Virus record (IMG/VR): IMGVR_UViG_3300010376_000060
Coordinates: 1-44,431 of that record
Reading direction: 5' to 3' (one strand)
DNA length: 44,431 nucleotides
Source: a virus
Lineage: Duplodnaviria > Caudoviricetes
The position numbers were made by a program, and so were the translations under genes. Below are positions 1 to 9,352 of the stretch, in pieces. Each line of letters starts with the position of its first letter. The stretch's first letter is position 1. Below the pieces are notes generated by a model that searched no databases, was not told the origin of the DNA, and saw only the letters and a list, made by a program, of their open reading frames with translations.

Positions 1-262
1 ACCCCTCGCGTCGGCAGAGTCGTTGCTGCATGGCTGTGCACCGATGTCCGCGTTTTTTGCATGGCTCCAGCACCCTGCAACGACGCCCCCCACTCCACCC
101 GTCGATCCCAAAAGCGGGGGTATGCTATGCGCGCCGTGCGGTCAGCGCGCCTGACACAAGCTCCGAACGCATGGCTGCGGGATTGCGTGCGTGTATTGCA
201 CCACCACAGCAGCATCAACGCACTGCATGCAGACAGCAGGAGACTTCGTGAGCATGTGTCGC

Positions 263-294
263 TATATGTGGTGTATATGTGGTGTAGTGTGTAG
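263..294 (+). repeat. GT-rich tandem repeat (TATATGTGGTG x2, then GTGTAGTGTGTAG)
   Basis: Read directly; GTGTAGTGTGTAG recurs at 40348-40360. Confidence 0.6.
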
Positions 295-331
295 TGGTGG
301 GGCCGGTAGTAGTCGAGTGGCACGCGGATCG

Positions 332-344
332 ATTACATTGTAAT
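332..344. promoter_or_regulatory. Palindromic operator-like site ATTACATTGTAAT
   Basis: One of 12 copies; 4 bp upstream of the putative late -35. Confidence 0.75.
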
Positions 345-348
345 GCCG

Positions 349-377
349 TTGCCTCTATGGGTAGTGCGCGGTATAGT
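349..377 (+). promoter_or_regulatory. Putative sigma70-type promoter of the structural arm
   Basis: TTGCCT-17bp-TATAGT, 30 bp upstream of ORF 407. Confidence 0.6.
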
Positions 378-406
378 GTGCGATCCACTAGGCATGGGAG
401 CAGCAC

Positions 407-850
407 ATGGCAACCTATGGCAACTTCCCCAATGCACAGGTTCCGTTCACCGGGTGGTCTCCAACATTGGCGCTTGGTCCAGCTAACGCAGGCAACACTG
501 CGGGCGCTGCGCAGTTCAACGGATACACGCAGCGGGATGACCGCGATATCAAGGGGCTGCGGACTGCGGGTGGTCGCGGATTGCGGCAATTGCTGCGCTC
601 GTTAGTTGGTAACTCGCCGGGACCGACGGCACAGGAATTCCGATATCGGATCAGGCAGTGGCCCTCGACTACGGCAATGGCGGGCAGCGCTGTTATCGAA
701 ACGGTAGCCTACATCAACCGCGCGACCACTGCGAACGATGACACGCAACTAACGGCATTCCTCGATCGCGCCACGCGACCGGCGGCTTATCCGGTTGATC
801 TCAGCGGCAACGGTGGCGGCGGTAAACTGCATTATGTGGGGATCGGCTAA
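407..850 (+). CDS. Hypothetical protein, possibly virion-associated
   Basis: GGGAG RBS; TAATG overlap with next gene. Confidence 0.8.
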   Translation: MATYGNFPNAQVPFTGWSPTLALGPANAGNTAGAAQFNGYTQRDDRDIKGLRTAGGRGLRQLLRSLVGNSPGPTAQEFRYRIRQWPSTTAMAGSAVIETVAYINRATTANDDTQLTAFLDRATRPAAYPVDLSGNGGGGKLHYVGIG

Positions 851-1764
851 TGGCCGAAGCAGGTGGGCCGGAAGTCGGTGGCGTCGATGCCCGCACGTTA
901 CTGGCTAACTACCTAGCATCGCGCGGGTTACCGCCGACCGGAGCCAACGTCAGCGCCGCGCTTAACGCTAATGCGCAGAATCCCGGCACGGTGCCTGGGC
1001 TTGAGAACATGGCACCTGTTAGTGGACAGCAATATGGGCCGCCTGCTCCTGCGCCCGCACTTACACCTGCAACTGGCGTTCCGTCTTCGCGTGGTGGTGG
1101 AGGCGGTGGTAGATCGAGTACGCGACCGCTGCCAATACCACCGGTTCCGCCAGGAGTGCAGCCAGGGACCGGAGAGCCGATCCAAACTACTGCATCCGAT
1201 CCAAGTGGTATCACTCTTGATCCCGCTGACATCGCGTTGTCGGTGCTGGGATTGCTTGGGGGTGGTGGTGCATTGTTAGCTGGTCGGCGTGGTATTACTC
1301 GTGGTCCGCGTGAGACGGGGGGATCACCTGACATTCAGGATATCACGGAGCAAGTCGGTCCGCCGAAGGAACCAGAGCGTGGACCGTCTCCGGTTGAAGA
1401 TGCACCCGCGTCGATACGTCGGCCAACACGTCCGGTACCAGAAGCAGAGCCAACGCGACAAGCAACAACGCCGCCAGCACCGAAAGCAGAGACGACGCAA
1501 GGCGATGTATTGCCGCCTGATATTGGGCTTGATACGCGACCGCGCGTTGCACCGGAACCGATGACAGCACCAACCCCGCCTGTTACAGCGCCGCGTGCTA
1601 GTGCTGAGCCAACGAGAGCGCCGGTCGAGACGCCATCAACGATAGTGGTGCAGCGTCCGCGTGCGTTCGCGATCCCGCGTCCTACCGTCCCTGCCGGTAG
1701 ATCGGTCGCTCAAGAGATCGTGGATGCGGCACGCGCGTTGCGATTGGGCGGAGTCCACTATTGA
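850..1764 (+). CDS. Pro/Gly-rich low-complexity protein with one hydrophobic segment
   Basis: 304 aa; IALSVLGLLGGGGALLAG segment; coupled to neighbours. Confidence 0.75.
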   Translation: MAEAGGPEVGGVDARTLLANYLASRGLPPTGANVSAALNANAQNPGTVPGLENMAPVSGQQYGPPAPAPALTPATGVPSSRGGGGGGRSSTRPLPIPPVPPGVQPGTGEPIQTTASDPSGITLDPADIALSVLGLLGGGGALLAGRRGITRGPRETGGSPDIQDITEQVGPPKEPERGPSPVEDAPASIRRPTRPVPEAEPTRQATTPPAPKAETTQGDVLPPDIGLDTRPRVAPEPMTAPTPPVTAPRASAEPTRAPVETPSTIVVQRPRAFAIPRPTVPAGRSVAQEIVDAARALRLGGVHY

Positions 1765-2363
1765 GTAGCCTGCCTACAGGTAGTGAACCGCTGATATTAG
1801 CGGATGGTCGCGTGATAATGCCGCGTAACCAGCGGGTGCAAGCACGTGAAGACGTAAGTGCCGTAAGTGCCGAGATATCGATAAAGGAGCTAACAACCCG
1901 CAAGCTCAACGAGTTGCCCGAGCCTCCTCGCACGATGAATGCGGTTGCAGCGGTTATCGCCTACAAGCTGTTCGGTTTATCCGACACGGACATTGCCGAG
2001 GCGTTCGGGATTAGCGTCGATAGAGTTGAAAAAGCAGTGGGTTCTGCGTCGTACGTCGAGTTCCGTGATGCGCTCGTCCGCAATGTGCTTGATGCCGAGG
2101 GTGGCGGCATTCGCGATTTGTTCCAGCAACACGCGCGACCTGCGATGATGGCGATGGTAGAGGCGCTTAACGATGGCAGTCGTGCAGACAGGATTACGGC
2201 AGCCAAGGACATCTTGGATCGAGCGGGACATAGACCGACTGATGTCGTGGAGCATCGACACCGAATGGACGGAGGACTTACCATTGAGGTCATTCGTCGC
2301 GATGCTACGCCACAGATACCGACAATCGACATGGAGATCGCTGATGAGCGGGAAGCAAGCTGA
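1761..2363 (+). CDS. Probable terminase small subunit (HTH)
   Basis: HTH-like GLSDTDIAEAFGISVDRV; RITAAKDILDRAG motif; upstream of TerL; TTG start. Confidence 0.6.
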   Translation: MSSLPTGSEPLILADGRVIMPRNQRVQAREDVSAVSAEISIKELTTRKLNELPEPPRTMNAVAAVIAYKLFGLSDTDIAEAFGISVDRVEKAVGSASYVEFRDALVRNVLDAEGGGIRDLFQQHARPAMMAMVEALNDGSRADRITAAKDILDRAGHRPTDVVEHRHRMDGGLTIEVIRRDATPQIPTIDMEIADEREAS

Positions 2364-2505
2364 TGCTGAGCCGAAGATCGCAATCCGCGATGATACGCGC
2401 GTGCCGGGTGAAATTCCGCCTGCACCGAACCCCGCTGCACCAAAGGTCAAGCAGGAGTCGGCAATCGAACACGAGCCTGAGCACGTTAACAAGCGCAAGA
2501 GGTAG
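2344..2505 (+). CDS. Small hypothetical protein (53 aa, MSGKQADAEP...)
   Basis: GGAG RBS before ATG 2344; fills the gap between genes. Confidence 0.6.
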   Translation: MSGKQADAEPKIAIRDDTRVPGEIPPAPNPAAPKVKQESAIEHEPEHVNKRKR

Positions 2506-2507
2506 AG

Positions 2508-2795
2508 ATGGCATTCGTAGGGAACAATGCGACTAAGGTACTAGTCCCAGGCGGCGCTGCGGCTGTTGTCGTGGTTCCAGTGCCGCGTATCGTTGACTCT
2601 AGCGGCAATGGTTATAGCGGCAACCTGTTCTCTCACTACATGGTACTTGCAATGAGTAGCACCGGCAGTGGTAGCAATGCATCGCTGGTGGCGACGGGTG
2701 GCCCTGCGATTGCGATCAATCCAGCCAATTCAACTGTATCAGTAACATCGAGCGCTACTGCCGATATGTTCGTTATCTTTGGCAAGATGGACTAA
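2508..2795 (+). CDS. Hypothetical beta-rich protein (95 aa)
   Basis: GAGG RBS; operon packing. Confidence 0.75.
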   Translation: MAFVGNNATKVLVPGGAAAVVVVPVPRIVDSSGNGYSGNLFSHYMVLAMSSTGSGSNASLVATGGPAIAINPANSTVSVTSSATADMFVIFGKMD

Positions 2796-2823
2796 TGATG
2801 AATAAGAAGCGACGAGGTTTCCG

Positions 2824-4383
2824 GTGAGCAAGCGCTATCGCATTGTGGAGGGTGGGATGCAGGATCGCTTCCAACACTCCATGGCGAAGGTGCAATTTAT
2901 CGGTGGTGGCTTCGGTAACGGCAAGACGACAGCGACGTGCATCAAGGCGCTGAAGCTGTGTCGCGATTACCCCGGTTGCAATGGGCTGATTGCGCGGAGC
3001 ACATATCCGAAGCTCAACGACACGATCCGCAAGGAGTTCCTGAAGTGGTGTCCGAAGCACTGGATCAAGCGGACGCCGACGAAAGACGAGAATACGCTGA
3101 TACTGACCAATGGCAGCACGGTGAACTTCCGCTATGTGGCGCAACGTGGGAAAGATACAGAGGAAACTAAGAGCAACCTGCTCTCTGCTACATATGATTG
3201 GATTATTGTGGATCAGATGGAAGATCCCGAGTTCAGTCACAAAGACTTCATGGATTTGTTGGGACGGTTGCGAGGGAACACTGATTACGTTGGCGACGAC
3301 GCCACTATGCCGCGCGTCGGTCCCCGATGGTTCATGGCAACGCTCAACCCCACCCGTAATTGGTGTTACCGAGAAATCGTGAAGCCGCTGCAAGATTACC
3401 AGCGTGGCACGATTAATCCGCGTCTGCTGTGCGAGGTGGACGAACACGGTTCGCCAGTGCTGCGCAGCGGCAAGCCAACGCCGATCATCGAGTTGTTCGA
3501 GGGATCGACCTACGAGAATGTGGAGAACGTTGGAGAAGATTATATTCGCACTATGCTTGCTACTTATACCGGCAGCATGCGCGATCGCTTTGTATTTGGT
3601 AAGTGGGGAGCGCTATCTGGGCTTGTATATCCGTCGTTTGATGAGTCTATTCATGTGATGCGCGATGACGAGATGCGTCGCTACTACACACAGATGACGC
3701 AGGTTGGGTTCGAGCCGCAGATCATTGAGGGATATGACCATGGACTCGCGCGACACTCATGCTACGGGTTGTTCTTCACGGACGACGATAACAACGTCTT
3801 CCTCATCGACGGATTTAGAGTGGCTGAGTTCACAGTTGTTAATGCAGCTAAACGGATTAAAGAATGCAGACTGCAACTCGGCATACACTCGGCTGATCAG
3901 AGGCCCGTTTACGCGGACCCTGACATATTCCGACGCAAAACGGGGAGCAGCAATAACGTCGGTGTGACTGTCGCCGATATGTTCAACGCTGAGGGCGTGT
4001 TGATGCAGCGAGGTAACCGCGACATCGAGAGTGGTATCGAGAAGAACTGGCAATATCTGTCGGTGCAGTCGATCCACGAGCACCCAATCAGCGGGCTGCA
4101 TCCTGCGCCGCACTTCTACATCAGCGACAAGTGCGATTGGTTTATTGACGAGATCACCGAGTATTACTTCCAGCGTGACGGTAGCGAGACGACGACCGAT
4201 AGGCCAGTTGACCGCAACGATCACGCAATGGACATGTGGAAGTATGCAATGAGCGATCGGCCACGGCTCGCGCGGTATCTCGGTGCGCCGGATGAGCCGC
4301 CTGCATGGATGGCGTGGCACGAGATCGAACGGCAAGGGATGAAGAAGTCGCCGCGACATGGCGCTGCACAAGGATTGCGATGA
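2824..4383 (+). CDS. terL: Terminase large subunit
   Basis: Walker A GGFGNGKT, Walker-B-like WIIVDQME, TLNP coupling motif, nuclease motifs GYDHG and DRNDHAMD. Confidence 0.95.
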   Translation: MSKRYRIVEGGMQDRFQHSMAKVQFIGGGFGNGKTTATCIKALKLCRDYPGCNGLIARSTYPKLNDTIRKEFLKWCPKHWIKRTPTKDENTLILTNGSTVNFRYVAQRGKDTEETKSNLLSATYDWIIVDQMEDPEFSHKDFMDLLGRLRGNTDYVGDDATMPRVGPRWFMATLNPTRNWCYREIVKPLQDYQRGTINPRLLCEVDEHGSPVLRSGKPTPIIELFEGSTYENVENVGEDYIRTMLATYTGSMRDRFVFGKWGALSGLVYPSFDESIHVMRDDEMRRYYTQMTQVGFEPQIIEGYDHGLARHSCYGLFFTDDDNNVFLIDGFRVAEFTVVNAAKRIKECRLQLGIHSADQRPVYADPDIFRRKTGSSNNVGVTVADMFNAEGVLMQRGNRDIESGIEKNWQYLSVQSIHEHPISGLHPAPHFYISDKCDWFIDEITEYYFQRDGSETTTDRPVDRNDHAMDMWKYAMSDRPRLARYLGAPDEPPAWMAWHEIERQGMKKSPRHGAAQGLR

Positions 4384-6782
4384 GCGGTACTGGACTAACT
4401 GACGACACACCGACACCGGGCTTCGACAATACGCAGTTCGACCCGATGGAGCAATCGCTGCAAGAGAGCGGTGTCGGCAAGGACATTCCGCCGCAGGAGC
4501 TTTCGCCTGTTTACAAAGTAATGCCGCAAAGCCGGATACCGGTTAGCAGCAAGCGCGGGCCACTGTGGAAAGCGAGGAAGGAACAAGTTCAGCGGCAGAT
4601 GGGCGATCTCATCGACGCGTGGGATGAGGCGATCCGCTACTACAACCACGATCAGCAGGGCCATCGGGACTATCGACGCAACACGCCCGACTACGCGGGT
4701 AATCGATACATCTCGCAGCGCATCAACAACAAGATGACCAGCACCGAGAACATTGTGTTCAGCAATGTCAACGCTCAGGTGCCCGAGCTATATGCCAAGA
4801 ATCCGATCATCAGCGTGACGCCGGAGCCGGTTGCCGACAACCAGACGGGTCCAGCGAACGAGAGCAACGACGCGTTCGCGCGAGCGGTCGAGCGCCTGAT
4901 CAACGTGCTGTTTAACATGAAGACCGCACCTGGCGTCAACGTCAAGCCGAAGGCTAAGCGCAACGTGCTGGTAGCGCTGCTGACTAACCGCGCGTGGTTC
5001 GAGGTTGGTTATACCAACAAGGATAAGAGCAGTGAGCAAGCGCTTGCTGACTTGCAGCAGTTGAGCGATCAACTAGCGAAGGCAGACGACGATACCGATA
5101 TTCAGGCAGTTGAGGGCGCGCTGACAGCACTTGAGGAGAAGATCGAGTTTCTGCAACCAAGTGGTCCGTTCGTTCGCATTCGGCTGCCGCATCAAGTTCT
5201 GGTTGATCCCGATCACAACGACCCGAACCTCGTGGATGCGGCATGGGTGATGGTCGAGGACATGCTGCCAACCGACTACATCAACGCGGTGTATGGCGCG
5301 CGGTCTGCCGACTCGATGGCGCAGAGCGATCCGAACGAGATACCCGATACCGACGATGAGATCATATCGATCTTCGAGCCGACGCATATCCTCAATCCCG
5401 GTAGTGCGTCTATCGATCCCGATCAGGATGACTTCACGCTGTTCACTAACGAGAAGAACGCGTATAGCGCTTACGGATATAAGGACCAGACGACGTTCAA
5501 CAAAGCCAAGCGCACGAAGATTTGGTATATCTGGGACAAGACCACGCGTCGGCTTGAGATGTATGCCGACAACGATTGGTCATGGCCTATCTGGGTATGG
5601 GACGATCCGTACTCGCTACAGGGCTTCTTCCCGCTAACGCCGATGTGGTTCCACGACAATCCGGTTGCGCTCTACGCGAAGGGCGAGGTTAGTTATTACC
5701 TCGATCAGCAGGACCAGATCAATGAGATCAACGACGAGAAGCGGAGGGCGCTGCTTTGGGCACGACGCAACATATTCTACAATCCCGATAGCGGTGTCAC
5801 GCAGGAGATTGCTGATGCGATTCTCAACGGACCGGCAGCAATGGCCGTTCCACTACGTGTGCCCGAGGGAGTTGATCCAAATAAGGTATTATTCTCCATT
5901 CCGCCACCGAGTATGGCATTCGCACAGCAGTTGTTTGACAAAGACGACCTCTACAAGAGCGTAGACCGCATCACTGCGTCGAACGAAGTGGAGCGCGGTG
6001 GGCAATTCAAGACGAACACCACCAACCGTGCGATCGACTACTACAGCACGATGGGTAATCTGCGGATGGACCTGCGGCTGGATGCGATCGAAGATGCGAT
6101 CGGAGACGTTGGGTGGAAACTTGCGCAATTGTGTCTACGCTTTATGGATGCCGGTATTGTACAGCAGTTGACCGGCCTCGACGTGACCCCATTCTGGCGT
6201 CCGCTGGACGGATTACGCGACTTTGCGCAACTGAGCGTTGCTTGCGTTGGGGGATCGACGCAAAAGATGACCTCGCAAGCGCGCAAGCAGGAAGCTGTGC
6301 AGGTTGGACAGGTGTTATCGCAATTCGTCAAGGCAGCGCCGCGCACGGTGATGAAGACGACGCTGGATATGTTCAGCAAGGCATTCGATGACTTCATGGT
6401 GCAGAAGGAAGACTGGGATACGATCGACCAAGAGGTCATGACTACGTTGCAGGCGGGTCAAGGTGGTGCACCAGGTGTTGGATCAAGCGGCGGTGGCACT
6501 AATGCAGCGGCACCGCCCGCAAGTGGAGCGTCGCCGCGTCCAGGGATGATTCCGCGTCCGCAACCCGGTGCTCCACAAGGTCCGCAAGGTGATGTTGGTC
6601 AACTTGCAGGTATGACAGCAAACTTCCTGCAAGCGTTACCACCGCAGATGTTGCGGGCAATCGGCATCGCGCTACAGCAGGGCGTGCCGCCGATGCAAAT
6701 CTTCCAGCAGATTCTACAAACAGCAGCGGGGACAGGAGGCGGTCCACCGATGCAACAGCCACAGCAGGTACAACAGCAATGA
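4380..6782 (+). CDS. Portal protein with Q/P/G-rich C-terminal extension
   Basis: ~800 aa after TerL (ATGA overlap at 4380); VLVDP, FFP...F and Q.QINE features of podophage portals. Confidence 0.85.
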   Translation: MSGTGLTDDTPTPGFDNTQFDPMEQSLQESGVGKDIPPQELSPVYKVMPQSRIPVSSKRGPLWKARKEQVQRQMGDLIDAWDEAIRYYNHDQQGHRDYRRNTPDYAGNRYISQRINNKMTSTENIVFSNVNAQVPELYAKNPIISVTPEPVADNQTGPANESNDAFARAVERLINVLFNMKTAPGVNVKPKAKRNVLVALLTNRAWFEVGYTNKDKSSEQALADLQQLSDQLAKADDDTDIQAVEGALTALEEKIEFLQPSGPFVRIRLPHQVLVDPDHNDPNLVDAAWVMVEDMLPTDYINAVYGARSADSMAQSDPNEIPDTDDEIISIFEPTHILNPGSASIDPDQDDFTLFTNEKNAYSAYGYKDQTTFNKAKRTKIWYIWDKTTRRLEMYADNDWSWPIWVWDDPYSLQGFFPLTPMWFHDNPVALYAKGEVSYYLDQQDQINEINDEKRRALLWARRNIFYNPDSGVTQEIADAILNGPAAMAVPLRVPEGVDPNKVLFSIPPPSMAFAQQLFDKDDLYKSVDRITASNEVERGGQFKTNTTNRAIDYYSTMGNLRMDLRLDAIEDAIGDVGWKLAQLCLRFMDAGIVQQLTGLDVTPFWRPLDGLRDFAQLSVACVGGSTQKMTSQARKQEAVQVGQVLSQFVKAAPRTVMKTTLDMFSKAFDDFMVQKEDWDTIDQEVMTTLQAGQGGAPGVGSSGGGTNAAAPPASGASPRPGMIPRPQPGAPQGPQGDVGQLAGMTANFLQALPPQMLRAIGIALQQGVPPMQIFQQILQTAAGTGGGPPMQQPQQVQQQ

Positions 6783-7801
6783 GCGAAACGGTAGAGAACA
6801 GCATTGTTAACAGCATACCGGATTTTCGTGATGATGGCGGTGCTGATAGCGGGAGTGTCGGTAGCGGTAGCGCTGATAGCGGTAGTAGCGGAGGCCGCAG
6901 TAGTGCTCAACCGACAGGAGCGGATAATCAAGCAACATCGGCTGCACCCAGACAGCAAGGAACGGTGCAGCGGCGACACGACGGACTGCTAGAGGTACCC
7001 AATCAACAGCAGCCCAACACACGCGATCTCGTTGACCCAGTAACCGGTCGCATAGTCGCGCAGGGCGGTATCGAGCGTCGTGTCTACGAGGAAGGGCAGC
7101 GTCATGCGCGGGAGAACGCGCAACTGCGTAATCAGCTACAGCAAGCACAGCAACACATCGCAGGAAGCAATGCATTGTTGCAGGAGGCGAATCGTCTTGG
7201 TGTCACACCTGAGCAGCATTCGGTCGCGCTGCGCGTTATGTCGGATTTCATGCGCGATCCCGTCAAGACGCTCGAATATCTGGTTGAGGAGGTAAAGAGC
7301 AAGGGATACCAGATTCCATTCATGACGCAAGGCGTGTCGCAGGGAATGGATATGGCGGCGATCGGGCGCATGATCGATAGCAAGCTACAGCCGTTTACGG
7401 ATCAACACGCAGCCAACGTGAATATGCAGCGTGCGCAAGCCGCAGCGAAGCAACAACTTGATACGTTCGTTGCGGATAACCCGCACGCAAACCACAATCT
7501 CGACGTTCTTGGCGAAATGCTCCGCGCGCAGCCCACTCTAACCCTTGATCGCGCGTGGTCCATGATGATACAGTGGGCCGTTAACAATGGGCTTGACTAC
7601 ACGCAGCCACTGAAGCCCCAGGTCAACGGATACCAGCACCAAGTTCAGCAGCCTGCTCAGCAGACCCGCCCGCTCCCCGGATCACGTAGCGCAGTGAATG
7701 GGGCTGTTCCTCGTACAGATACCGGTGGGCAATACAACGAGAATACATCGTGGAGCGAGATTATCCGCGGTGCCATGCATGAGAGCGGAATGCTGAACTA
7801 G
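6779..7801 (+). CDS. Probable capsid scaffolding protein
   Basis: Between portal and MCP; disordered N-terminus, Gln-rich coiled coils. Confidence 0.7.
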   Translation: MSETVENSIVNSIPDFRDDGGADSGSVGSGSADSGSSGGRSSAQPTGADNQATSAAPRQQGTVQRRHDGLLEVPNQQQPNTRDLVDPVTGRIVAQGGIERRVYEEGQRHARENAQLRNQLQQAQQHIAGSNALLQEANRLGVTPEQHSVALRVMSDFMRDPVKTLEYLVEEVKSKGYQIPFMTQGVSQGMDMAAIGRMIDSKLQPFTDQHAANVNMQRAQAAAKQQLDTFVADNPHANHNLDVLGEMLRAQPTLTLDRAWSMMIQWAVNNGLDYTQPLKPQVNGYQHQVQQPAQQTRPLPGSRSAVNGAVPRTDTGGQYNENTSWSEIIRGAMHESGMLN

Positions 7802-7812
7802 GAGCGCAACAT

Positions 7813-8781
7813 ATGCCCGTTGGTACGATTGTTCCGAGTGTAGCCACGGTGCTGCACTCCACGCTGACCAAGAGCCGACGCAAGTTGGTGTTGGCAGCGA
7901 TTAAAAGCAATGCGTTGATGGCATGGGTATTCGCCAACGACAGAGTGGAATACGAGGATGGTGGTTACAACATCACCAATCCTCTGACCATTGGGCGCAA
8001 CCCCAACATCACGTCGTATAGCTACTACGCGCCACTGCCCGTTAACCAGACCAATGAGTTCGATACCGTCGAATACGGGTATTCGCGTGTAGCGGGCACG
8101 GTCATCATCAGCGATCAGGAGCAGGACGAGAACCAAGGCTCCAGCCAGATATTCAAGCTGATGAAGGAGAAGATGAATGTCCTTGAGGAGAGCATCAAGG
8201 ACAAGTTCAGTCAGTATCTCTACGCAGTTGGCGGGGGGAGCGATCCGTTGGGACTTGGTGCTCTCATTCCCACGAATCCGACAACTGGTGTATTGGGTGG
8301 CATCGATCGCTCGACGCAAACGCAGTGGCGCACTTCGAGTTACGCGTTCAGCGGTAACCTCGATAGCACGAACATCGAAGAGGTATTCGACGACGTGCTA
8401 ATGGACCTGACGCTGAAAGGCGATAGGCCGGCGGTGATCCTCACGGGCCGCAACATCTACCGCAGCTATCGGCAAGCAGTGCGCGACAAGCTGACGATCC
8501 CGTTGAGTGAGGGCAAGAGCAGCAAGCGTATGTTCGATCTTGGTTTCGAGGGCGTGCTGCACAACGGCATCCCGTTGATGTACGACGAGGATTGCCCCGT
8601 CAACTACGCCTACTTCATCAACGATAAGTTCCTGCGTCTGCACATGCTCCGTGGCGTCAATATGAAGGTCAAGGAGCTAGTTGCGCCGTGGAACGTGGAT
8701 GCGGTGGGGAGCAGGGTGGTTTGGGAGGGGCAGTGGTGCATGTGGAGGGCGTATCGGACCCATGGAGTCGTCACGAATTAG
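7813..8781 (+). CDS. Major capsid protein
   Basis: 322 aa, AGGAG RBS, position; GVLGGIDRS...WR and GF..V.HNGIPL.YDEDCP motifs. Confidence 0.88.
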   Translation: MPVGTIVPSVATVLHSTLTKSRRKLVLAAIKSNALMAWVFANDRVEYEDGGYNITNPLTIGRNPNITSYSYYAPLPVNQTNEFDTVEYGYSRVAGTVIISDQEQDENQGSSQIFKLMKEKMNVLEESIKDKFSQYLYAVGGGSDPLGLGALIPTNPTTGVLGGIDRSTQTQWRTSSYAFSGNLDSTNIEEVFDDVLMDLTLKGDRPAVILTGRNIYRSYRQAVRDKLTIPLSEGKSSKRMFDLGFEGVLHNGIPLMYDEDCPVNYAYFINDKFLRLHMLRGVNMKVKELVAPWNVDAVGSRVVWEGQWCMWRAYRTHGVVTN

Positions 8782-8860
8782 TGGGTGGGTCATAAAGTCC
8801 TTGCCCTCGATCGTGGGAGTGTGGTAGATGGGAACCGTCATCCAACTCAGGAGGAAGCAG

Positions 8861-9352
8861 GTGCCCGAATCTAAAATGCTCGTACGGCGAACCGGCAACA
8901 TCAGTATCGAAGGGATCAACGCGCTAACGACTGACGACCGTATCTGGATGGCGGGGTTCTTCGATGGTGAAGGAAGCATCGGTCTGTATCGCAAGATGAA
9001 AGATGGTGCGTTCTACTCAGTCACAGTTCGCATCACGATCACGCAGACCGACCGTACGGCGCTCGATATGTTCTTCGGCGCATTCGGTGGCGCTCTCGTT
9101 CTAATCGATCGACCTGATCGTGGTACAACCCGCCATACGCAGTACTGGTCGTGGACCTGCGACGCTGTTGTGAACGCTAGCGTGTTCTTGCAGACGATCC
9201 GCAAGTATATGCGGGCTAAAGCCGCAGAAGCGGACGTGCTGCTCGAATACCTAAACAATCGCGACACCTACTCAATGGCCCAGAAGGGCGAGCTTGTTGA
9301 TCGACTCTCCCAACTGAAAACCCGTAGGGCGACGCATATGGAGGTAGCTTAA
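8861..9352 (+). CDS. Free-standing single-motif LAGLIDADG homing endonuclease
   Basis: WMAGFFDGEGSI motif, ITQ, YMRAK; AGGAGG RBS before GTG 8861 (alternative start 8828). Confidence 0.9.
   Translation: MPESKMLVRRTGNISIEGINALTTDDRIWMAGFFDGEGSIGLYRKMKDGAFYSVTVRITITQTDRTALDMFFGAFGGALVLIDRPDRGTTRHTQYWSWTCDAVVNASVFLQTIRKYMRAKAAEADVLLEYLNNRDTYSMAQKGELVDRLSQLKTRRATHMEVA

Noticed and set aside
30-406. Short ORFs at the left end
   Set aside because: Overlapping in several frames, no RBS, and spanning repeats and the promoter; treated as non-coding
8782-9352. Group I intron or intein in the capsid gene
   Set aside because: The MCP ends at a normal stop, the flanks are too short for a ribozyme, and the endonuclease is out of frame with its own RBS
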